A stretch of DNA of 64,000 nt from Epithemia pelagica (Eukaryota; Protista; Bacillariophyta): contig OX337230.1 in the NCBI GenBank assembly GCA_946965045.2, forward strand, positions 3,348,001 to 3,412,000, given 5' to 3'. Positions 55,977 to 64,000 of this stretch are shown in pieces (within the stretch, counting starts at the first letter, position 1; every line of letters begins with the position of its first letter). Under the pieces are notes generated by a model. The model was not told the origin of the DNA. It saw only the letters and a list, made by a program, of their open reading frames with translations, and ran no database searches. The translations under genes were made by a program, and so were the position numbers.

Positions 55977-56145
55977 TGAAAAGGGGATGAATTGGGAAAA
56001 TTATGATAGAAGATTAACTAGTTCGTACGTTCCTAAAAGATATGCAAGTAGTGCGTCAGTCCAAGTGTGAGGCTGGTTGGGCAAGGTGACGTAGGACCTT
56101 GTGAGTCAGCTCTAGGCTAGTCTCCATTAGGTCGCACCCTTTTCA
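55977..56145 (-). repeat. 3' LTR of the Copia element
   Basis: tgaaaagggg...gtcgcacccttttca, adjacent to the PPT. Confidence 0.95.
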
Positions 56146-56215
56146 CTCCCTCTCAGCCGAACACGGATGAGATAATGGACTTTAAAGATGTAAATTGTGA
56201 GAATAGATTTGGTGG

Positions 56216-58936
56216 TCACCATCCACAGAGGAGCTTCCGAATGTGCTCAAACGTGGATTGGGTGAGACCTTTGGTCAGAATGTCGGCGCGCTGTTGTGTC
56301 GTATCAACTTTGACGACTCGCAGCCGATCGCTTATATGTTGTCGAAACCAGTGCATCTTCACTGCGTAGTATTTCGACCGAGGTGTGATCCGTCCAGGTT
56401 CTAGGTTGGCCAAAGTCAAGGCTCCCATGTTATCTTCCCAGACTGTCGTCTTAAATGTTGTTGTATATTCTTTGCTGAGCCCAACTCCTTCTGCAACGTG
56501 GGTCAACAGCTCTCGTAGTGGTAGGACCGACTTCAACGACTCACTCAGTGCGTTGTATTCGGCCTCCATGGTGCTCAAGGCAATCGAACTTTGTGATTTG
56601 CTTGTCCAGACCATGGGACAGTTTGCCAAACAGATAGCGAATCCCGTGCGACTTTTCACACAGGTCGAATCCAATTTTTCTTCATAGGGCCACAAACCAG
56701 CGAAGTCGGCGTCGACGAAACAGTCGATGTCCAGATTCGTGGAGGGCTTAAGGATCAGTCCTTGATCTTGCGTATGCTTAAGGTACTGTCCAATCTTTTC
56801 AACGGCTTGCTCATGTGACCTCTTTGGGCTAAAGGCAAAGCGTGCACATTGACTCACCGCATAGGTGATGTCGGGGCGACTGTGCGCTTGTAAATACTGA
56901 AGCATCCCAATCACACTTGCGTAGTTGTATCTACCTTGTGGGGGATCTCCATTCTTGTCTTCTACAAGGGGCTTAGATAAAGCTGGGGTACAGCTTCGGT
57001 CCAAGTCACCAACTTGTAAGGCAGTTAGAATTCTCTTAATCAGACCTTGTTGGGTCAATTTGATTGTTCCTTGGGTCTCGTCACGTTCGATATGGACGCC
57101 CAAGAATCCAGCCACGCTGTCTTCAACATCGAGCTCAGCGTTCTCTTGTTTCTTGAGTTTATCAAGTACTTCATCGATGTACTCTCTTTTGGGACTGTAA
57201 AATAGCGTGTCGTCGACATAGACTACCGCTATTACCTTGTCTGAAATAAATAGGCAGGGATCAACCGAGTCCTGGGCAACAAAGCCGACTCGTTCCAACT
57301 GCCCTTTGAAGTGTTGGAAGAAATTCCGTGGGGCTTGTTTCAACCCGTACAGTGATCGTTGTAGTTTTAGTACCTTTCCGTCTTGTCCAAATCCTCTGGG
57401 CATCTCGACGTAGACACCGCTTCTTTCACGCTCTTGACGTGTCATTGAGTCCCATTTGGGATCACGATCAATTGGGGCGTGAAGGAATGCCGCGGTGTAG
57501 TCTACCTGCACTGTGGCGAGGTTTAGGATAATAGATAGGATGAGCATCAAGCGGACTGTGGTCCAGTTTACCACTGGGGCAAAGGTATCGAAGAAGTCCA
57601 CTCCTTCCACTTGAAAGTCTCCTCGGGCGCAAAATCTTGCTTTCAGTTTCTTGACAGAGCCGTCAGGGAATCGCTTCCTTTTGAAGGCCCATGTAGATGG
57701 GATTACGTTCATCCAAGGTTGGCGATCGACGACTATCCAAGCCTTCATGAGGCGGAATAGCGTGTCTATTTCCTTTTTACATGCCTCCATGAAGCCAGCG
57801 GCATCTGGACCGCTCATGGCTTCATTCCATCTGGGGTTATCCGCTGCATCGGCCTTGGTGATCAGAACCATTGGATGCATAGCCTCGACAGTTCCTGTCT
57901 TAGGGTTGGTGTTCATGTCCATCATGCGACTCATCAGCGTTGACTGTGTGGATTTGAGGTCACGGATGGTTGAATTCCAGTCAAGTCCTGCCAGGAATGA
58001 ATCGTTTAAGCAGTCACGCTTTACCTTTAGTCGCGCATAATCATCGTGACCAAAGAGCGCGTGCTCCTGCCAACGTTCACGCGAGTACGAGGCGTACTTG
58101 GGATTCGGTTTGCGTGCGCGCTTTCCACGACCAAAGTGCATCTCGTCCGGCTGTTCCAAATGTTGCGCACGTCTTGACTTCTCTTGTGCGCGAACTGGGT
58201 CTTCCTCATCCTGTTCCTTGTGCTCAAAGATTACAATTTCGTCTCCAGAGTCGATGGTGGAGTTGTTGGGACCGTCCCACATTCCATCCACCACCAAAGG
58301 TTGAATCAAGTCATCTGGAGGAGCGGCTGGTGGATTTGGCTCCACGTTATCCAAAGGAAAAAGGTGAGGGAAAATGGGTTCTCCATCCAGTTGAATCTCA
58401 CTGCCGTCGTCTCCCTCTGGAGCCAAGGGCACCAGAGCTCCCTCTGGAGCAGCAGCTCCCTCTGGAACAGGGATGGGAGGAGGAGGAGGCAAAGGTAAGG
58501 GATTGATCCAAGCTGCGTCGTTTTGTTGATGGCGAAGAGCATCGGTTTCCTCAGGGGTCAGCCAGTCGTGGTGAAGGGGTGGTGGCTGAGGCTGTTCGTC
58601 GTCAAAATTGCCATCGTCAATCCACTCCAGGCCAGAGGCCACAAGATGGTCCCAAAAGGACCCTGTGAACATGTCTTGTTGTAGGACACCGCCAGTTTCG
58701 GCGCTAGGGACACTTGAAAAGAGGTCGTCGTAGACGACGTGATATTGCGGACTCACATAGCCGGTAGAAATATTGAGAATTAAGCCCACCGTGCTACAAT
58801 GGTCGGGAGAGACTCCGAGATATTGCCCTCGACGGGCACGAGGCGACCACTTGGGAAGTTTCTTCCCGTCTTGGATCTTAGGGTCCAAAACGTACACTGG
58901 GCAACCCCAAACATGGCTCCGATGTAGATGGGCCAA
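56216..58936 (-). CDS. Copia pol remnant: integrase C-terminus + RT + RNase H
   Basis: Motifs HVWGCPVYVL...KLPKW..RARRGQYLG, KLKARFCARG, QVDYTAAFLH, SLYGLKQAPR, VYVDD, FVDADFAG, STMEAEY, WEDNMGA and QRADILTK. Confidence 0.93.
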   Translation of the reverse strand: MAHLHRSHVWGCPVYVLDPKIQDGKKLPKWSPRARRGQYLGVSPDHCSTVGLILNISTGYVSPQYHVVYDDLFSSVPSAETGGVLQQDMFTGSFWDHLVASGLEWIDDGNFDDEQPQPPPLHHDWLTPEETDALRHQQNDAAWINPLPLPPPPPIPVPEGAAAPEGALVPLAPEGDDGSEIQLDGEPIFPHLFPLDNVEPNPPAAPPDDLIQPLVVDGMWDGPNNSTIDSGDEIVIFEHKEQDEEDPVRAQEKSRRAQHLEQPDEMHFGRGKRARKPNPKYASYSRERWQEHALFGHDDYARLKVKRDCLNDSFLAGLDWNSTIRDLKSTQSTLMSRMMDMNTNPKTGTVEAMHPMVLITKADAADNPRWNEAMSGPDAAGFMEACKKEIDTLFRLMKAWIVVDRQPWMNVIPSTWAFKRKRFPDGSVKKLKARFCARGDFQVEGVDFFDTFAPVVNWTTVRLMLILSIILNLATVQVDYTAAFLHAPIDRDPKWDSMTRQERERSGVYVEMPRGFGQDGKVLKLQRSLYGLKQAPRNFFQHFKGQLERVGFVAQDSVDPCLFISDKVIAVVYVDDTLFYSPKREYIDEVLDKLKKQENAELDVEDSVAGFLGVHIERDETQGTIKLTQQGLIKRILTALQVGDLDRSCTPALSKPLVEDKNGDPPQGRYNYASVIGMLQYLQAHSRPDITYAVSQCARFAFSPKRSHEQAVEKIGQYLKHTQDQGLILKPSTNLDIDCFVDADFAGLWPYEEKLDSTCVKSRTGFAICLANCPMVWTSKSQSSIALSTMEAEYNALSESLKSVLPLRELLTHVAEGVGLSKEYTTTFKTTVWEDNMGALTLANLEPGRITPRSKYYAVKMHWFRQHISDRLRVVKVDTTQQRADILTKGLTQSTFEHIRKLLCGW

Positions 58937-59019
58937 GGTAGGGAAGACTGTTCCGGTAAATAATTCCAGCGGGGCAATAAAGGAACCTCGCTTGGGAAGA
59001 TTATTCTACAACCAGATGG

Positions 59020-60288
59020 AGTCTTGTTCCAACGCTTGGAAGAGGCATCCCAGTACATGGTCTTGCCGTCAATGACTCGTTTTCCGTTCTCTTCAGACGA
59101 AGGGGGACGCCATTTGCTGGAGGTACGAGAGCGATCACCCGATCCATTCTCGCGAGCTTTCTTCTTGGCATTGTACTTCTGGCGGTTGGCTTCGATCAAG
59201 GCTTCATTTTTGGGTTTGGGACAATCCTTGATCGTATGCTCTCCACCGCAGTTCCAACAGACGGGCTTCCACTTGCGGCCACCAGAATCGGTCTTGGTAC
59301 CACCAGCTGTGAAGGTCGAGGGACTTCCTCGTGTCTTGATGCCCGTCCAGTCGTTGGAACGGCACAATGAGAGGTACTCTTGTTCGGCTAGATCCAACAA
59401 GGCTTCAACAGAAGGGATCTCGAATTGAGCTTGGGTAGAGGGTGTAGATCGTGACAGAGCACCGGCGATTCGTGCTTGACTCTCGATTAGTTCAAAGACT
59501 TTGTTGAACTGATCCACAGAACTAGTCTGTAGAACTTTTAGAACAGTTTTAGAGAGGTCGTCGGGGACATTTGCAATAGCTTCCAATCGCTCGTGTGCGC
59601 CAAGGATAAGGCTCACAATTTTTGAGACGTTCTCACCGCAAACTTTAGAGATTTTAAGATTCTCAACAGTGTCTACTAGCGTCTTCGTAGCTTGTTCCGT
59701 ATGGGTAACAAGTAGTTTCATCATGATGACGAAAAGTAAGGGACCTCCTTGTTGCTCGGTCTCATACCGTTTATACCGTTCATAGACTTTCGTCCAAAGG
59801 GCATTTTTCATGCTTGCTTCAAGTTGCTTCGCCGTGAGCATCAAATTTTCACGATACCAGGACTTTCTTGGCCAAGTTGAGTACCACTCATTACTGGCAG
59901 CAACGTCTTCTTCAGAAAGCTCTCCATAGTACGTATATAAGTCTTTCGGAGGAGCGTCTGTCTTGAGGTTTGGTCCTGTACCATCGGGTGTAACAATCGT
60001 GAACACGTCGTGCATGTCATACATGATGTGTTAACTCTTAAGACGAGAAACCATCAAGTTAAGATTATAACACTCTTCCAGCTGTTTCACGTCTGTGATA
60101 TTGGCTGAGAGCAGATCGAATTTGGCAGGGGTCGAAGCAGCAGACTTCGAGAACAGTTCTTGGCGCTTCTCTGCGCCCATTCCTTCACGGTCTTCTTTCT
60201 TGAACAGGGCTGTTTCCACATCTTGGGACGGAGTGGCACTGGTATTCACTTCAACCTCTTCTCCGTTTATAACGACCTTAGTACTCAT
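59020..60288 (-). pseudogene. Copia gag with an in-frame TAA (60031-60033)
   Basis: Starts MSTKVVINGEEVEV; reads LKS*HIMYDMHDVF in frame; contains QQGGPLLF and the zinc knuckle CWNCGGEHTIKDC. Confidence 0.85.
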
Positions 60289-60599
60289 TGTTTCAATACT
60301 ACTTATGCTTGATTCGTCAGAGGACCAGCCTGGAATTCTTGAAGAGTCAGAGTCTTCTTTGTTAGCAGCTGCTCCGAGTCTGAGGAAGTCAGCTATCGTT
60401 TCCATTCACTGGAAAATCGCAATGAAACCACCTGGTTCTTGCTTCTTCGATGCAACACTGGCTATCGAAACTGGTAGGTCTTGGACTTCAACGGCCGTTC
60501 AGACGGATTTCCTCAACGTCGAACGCTTGAACTGGTCCACCGAAATCGTTATGGTCTTCTCGCAACAGGCTTTATCGCGTGATACTTGGGCTCATAACC

Positions 60600-60768
60600 T
60601 GAAAAGGGGATGAATTGGGAAAATTATGATAGAAGATTAACTAGTTCGTACGTTCCTAAAAGATATGCAAGTAGTGCGTCAGTCCAAGTGTGAGGCTGGT
60701 TGGGCAAGGTGACGTAGGACCTTGTGAGTCAGCTCTAGGCTAGTCTCCATTAGGTCGCACGCTTTTCA
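60600..60768 (-). repeat. 5' LTR of the Copia element
   Basis: tgaaaagggg...gtcgcacgcttttca, adjacent to the PBS at about 60587-60599. Confidence 0.95.
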
Positions 60769-61218
60769 CTATTGAGACAGTAGAACGTCGCTACGAAAGA
60801 CTGGAAAAGAGATTGAAAAAACTGGAGAAACAAAGTTCTTTTGAAACCACGCTCTTGAAAGTCTTCCAAGGGATGATGATTTACATGGTTCCACTTCATT
60901 TTTTGGCGGCTGTAATCAATGAATATTTTCCGACCAGCTAACCTGAGTATGATATTCAAAATTCTCGGACAGCATTCTGTTGGGTTACAATAGTTCTGGG
61001 AAGTGTCAAATGGTTAGAAAATATTTAGTGCTTATCCCTATCATTGGAACTTGTCCAATCTAGGTGTCTGAGAGCACAACCGAAACGGGTTCGAGAGAAT
61101 CTCGTTTTCAGTTTGATTGAACGTGCAAACTCCTGCGTGGTCACCGAAAAATCTCAATTTGCTGTGAGACTTTTGTGCTCAACACAAGTAGAACCATCCG
61201 TTCCTAAAAAGAAAAGAC

Positions 61219-61766
61219 ATGAGGCGACTGATCACTCTCTTGATATGCTTCCTAACTTTGGCCAAGGGATTGGCCTGGAGGAAAGGTAGGTAATGATTCT
61301 CTCACGAGAAATTCGCCGTTGCAATCGTGATAGAGTTACAGTTTCTCTGACATTTTTGTTTTCCCGTACAACCACTTTGTGACACAACACATTCTGTCTA
61401 GACCACGACCATCAACCGGGAGAGCGTGCAAAACTTCATGTAACGCCTCGTGGTAGAATACCGATGGTATCGCGCTCCTCAAAGGCCATTGAAACAGTAG
61501 AAGAACGTTTCGAAAGGCTCGAATCGAAAATAGAGGACGCTATGACGCAAATCTCCATGGCTACTGCAAAACTGGAAAAGAGATTGAAAAAAGTGGAGAA
61601 ACAAAGTTCTTTTGAAACCACGTTCTGGAGAGTCTTCCATTGTGTGATGATTTACATGGTTCCACTTTTTCTTTTGCTGATTTTGGCGACTGCAGTGGAG
61701 GAATATTTTCCTAATCTGAGTATGATATTCAAAGTTCTCGAACAGCATTCTGTTGGGTTACAATAG
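61219..61766 (+). CDS. Family copy U2 (exons 61219-61285, 61402-61766)
   Basis: MRRLITLLICFLTLAKGLAWRK|DHDHQPGERAKLHVTPRGRIPMVSRSSKAIETVEERFERLE...FWRVFHCVMIYMVPLFLLLILATAV; reading frame intact. Confidence 0.75.
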
Positions 61767-62061
61767 TTCCGGGAAGTGTCAACTCGTGAGAAAATATTAA
61801 GTGCATATCTGTATCATTGGAACTTGTCCAATATAGGTGTCTGAAAGCACAACCGAAACGGGTTCGAGAGAATCTCGTTTTCACAACCGAATCAGTTTGA
61901 TTGATGGATTCGGTCTGGTAGTACCTTTTTGGCCCATAGCATTCGGGATGAGAAGGGCATTCAGCCTTTAAAGGAATGGGGTTTTGGTGCCTGTATCATA
62001 CACCTGATACCTGATGTTTGTCGGACCGCGGTTACTTTCTCTCGTGCATTCCCGTCGCGTT

Positions 62062-62092
<31 letters not shown>
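62062..62092. repeat. (GA)n microsatellite
   Basis: agagagaaagagagagagagagagagagaga seen directly. Confidence 0.9.
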
Positions 62093-62582
62093 TATATGTT
62101 GCATTCGCTGAGACGATCGACTCGCCCAGATCCCGGTCTTACAGTTTTATAGCTCCACGCCCGTCGCCGCGATACATTCGGCGGCCATCTACTCGCCTGT
62201 TCCAAACAGCACACAACCAAGCTCGCGAACTAAATCCGGGATGCCAGCATGTCATTTACTTCCTTCTCCAATACCTTCCTCGTCTATCCAACACATTCCG
62301 TAATGCATCAGACATAAATCTTGAAGAACCCACTAACCTGATCCCTCATCATCCCTGTGATGTTCGACCAGCGGACATTGGACCGCTATCTACTTCAATA
62401 TGTTGCGAATTATGTCACTGTCTGTCCTTGTCAATTTCGCTGCGCAGCAGTGACGGGCAATCGGCGAAGTAAAGGCGAAGTTCTATGGTCACCGAAAGAT
62501 CCATACTTTTCGACGAAAACCTGAGAGGGCCACCCTCAGCAGGATCACACAATTACAAAAAGTGTCATTGGCTCCAAAAAAC

Positions 62583-63315
62583 ATGAGACTGTTCACCCTG
62601 TTGCAATGCTGCTCAGTCTTGGTCAACGGATGTCTCTGGAGGAGAGGTAGGAAATGGATCTCTCACAAGAGATGCGTCATGATGACGGTGATAGTGTTGC
62701 AGCTCTCTGACTTTATTCTTCTCTTCCAACCATGTTACATCATTTTGTTCAGATCAACTGCAACCAGGGGAGCTTGCAATACTTCATGTTACGCATCATG
62801 ACAGGATGGTGGCCATGACGCTTTCCTCAAAGGCCCTTGAAGCAGCGGAAACGCTTGATTCGAAAATAGAGGACGCTATCACGGAATTCTCAGAGGCCAT
62901 TGAAACAACAGAACGTCGTTACGAAATGTTTGATTAGGAAATAGACGACGTCATGACGCAATTGTCAGAGGTCATTGAAACAGCGGAACATCGCTACGAA
63001 ATACTGGAAGGTGACGCCATGACGCACCTCTCAAAGATCATTGAAACAGCCGAACGTCGATACGAATCGCTTGAATCGAGCATGGAGCACGCGATGGACC
63101 ACTTTTCAAAAATCATTGAAACAGCAGAACGTCGATACGAAATGCTTGACTCGAAAATAAAAGACACTATGACGCACTTCTCAAAGGCCATCGAAAGACA
63201 TGAGGGTACTGTCTTGGAAGGCTTCCCAGCGGTGGCCAAGCGTGTCTTCTGGAAAAAAGGTAGGAAAGGCTTCTCTCACGAGAGATTCTCCATCTCAATG
63301 ATCTTTTCTTTGTAG
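62583..63315 (+). pseudogene. Family copy U3 with an expanded 25-aa repeat and an in-frame TAG (62935-62937)
   Basis: Exon 1 MRLFTLLQCCSVLVNGCLWRR (62583-62646); exon 2 from 62753. About 4-5 units of SKIEDAMTHFSKAIETAERRYEMLD. The hydrophobic tail is absent and the ORF runs into a degenerate next unit. Confidence 0.65.
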
Positions 63316-63600
63316 GTCTCTGACTTTTGAGTTCTCCGTTCCAATAACTTTCTGACACGACACGCTGTTCAGACGACCGTCAAACGGGCGAGCTTGCAAT
63401 ACTTCATGAAACACATCGTGGTAGAAACCCCATAACGTCGCACTTCTCAAGGGCGACTGCAGAACGTCGCTATGAAAAGCTTGATGCAAAACTAGAGGAT
63501 GCGATCACAATGATAAAAGATCTGATTGACCAAATGGAACAGAGATTGGAGAAAGTGGAGAACCGGCGTCCTTCTGATTACATGACACTCGATCGTTCGA
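63200..63600 (+). pseudogene. Degenerate family copy U4
   Basis: Contains remnants ggccaagcgtgtcttctggaaaaaag|gtagg...ctctcacgagag, gagcttgcaatacttcatg, gaacgtcgctatgaaa and agagattggagaaagtggag. Confidence 0.5.
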
Positions 63601-64000
63601 AACGCATGGATATCTCTTCGCCTCTGTTGGTTCTCTCGGTTGGTGTCGAGATCGGATTCTTTCTTTTTCTCGCCTTCTTGTTGAACTAAAGCTCAACTTT
63701 CTTATTCCCATGGACTTCGCATAATATTCATTGTGACTAAAAGTGCGATATTAGATTCAGTGTGTGCTTTTCAGCTTGTTCCCGTCAATATGGCGTGTTT
63801 TTGGATGCTAGGAATCGGTTGGATGGATGGATTCGAGCCTGGTGGCGCCTCACCCTCTCACGGAATGGGATTTTGGTCGAACCGTTTGGTACCTGTATAT
63901 TCGTCGGATGCTTCTCGGACCTCAGTGGTTTTGTCTCTTGCATTCCCGTCGAACAGCACCACTTGTGTTTCCGAGACTGAGTCGCGTAGATCCTGCTCTT

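Larger units (their letters stand above)
55977..60768 (-). mobile_element. Ty1/Copia (CoDi-like) LTR retrotransposon, internally deleted (no protease or integrase core)
   Basis: 169-bp TG...CA LTRs at 55977-56145 and 60600-60768 (1 mismatch). PBS GGTTATGAGCCCA and PPT GAGAGGGAG on the minus strand. Flanks ATATT/CTATT. Confidence 0.95.
55628..60941 (+). pseudogene. Family copy U1, split by the Copia insertion at 55976/60769
   Basis: Exon 1 55628-55694; exon 2 from 55811 stops at ...CAAGGCTATATT and resumes after the LTR as CTATTGAGACAGTAGAACGTCGC, matching U0 continuously. Confidence 0.85.

Noticed and set aside
26511-62937. Genome-wide stop-codon reassignment to explain the in-frame stops
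   Set aside because: TAA, TAG and TGA all serve as genuine terminators of intact genes in this window (for example 18727, 1557 and 25838). The implied residues also differ between sites.

Overview
This is a eukaryotic microalgal window, most likely a diatom. That call is inferred from a diatom-type NRT2, CoDi-like Copia elements, a bipartite signal + 'A-F' plastid leader and short GT-AG introns. The left part (1-26 kb) holds intact genes: a GGCT-like protein, a 2OG-Fe(II) oxygenase, a TIR protein and a TBC Rab-GAP. It also holds an unusual minus-strand tandem array of about 10 short intronless genes (7.8-17.3 kb, plus an outlier at 22 kb). These encode Ser/Thr/Arg-rich, presequence-like proteins whose only shared feature is a C-terminal 'LD-x-(D/E)n-DG-x-stop' tail, and a single 5S rRNA gene sits inside the array. 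The right part (26-64 kb) is rich in transposons and duplications. It contains a near-complete tyrosine-recombinase (DIRS-type) retrotransposon, two 605-bp MITEs, a Copia relic and an internally deleted Copia with near-identical LTRs. That Copia is inserted into a second tandem family of two-exon signal-peptide/coiled-coil/hydrophobic-tail genes. Host genes here are GT49, M14 carboxypeptidase, a divergent Rab, a PAP/fibrillin, a LigB/DODA dioxygenase, two BTB-like genes, NRT2 and a small Tim. Many genes in this right part carry exactly one in-frame stop or a 1-nt frameshift. All calls were made by eye from the sequence and ORF track; no database searches were run.
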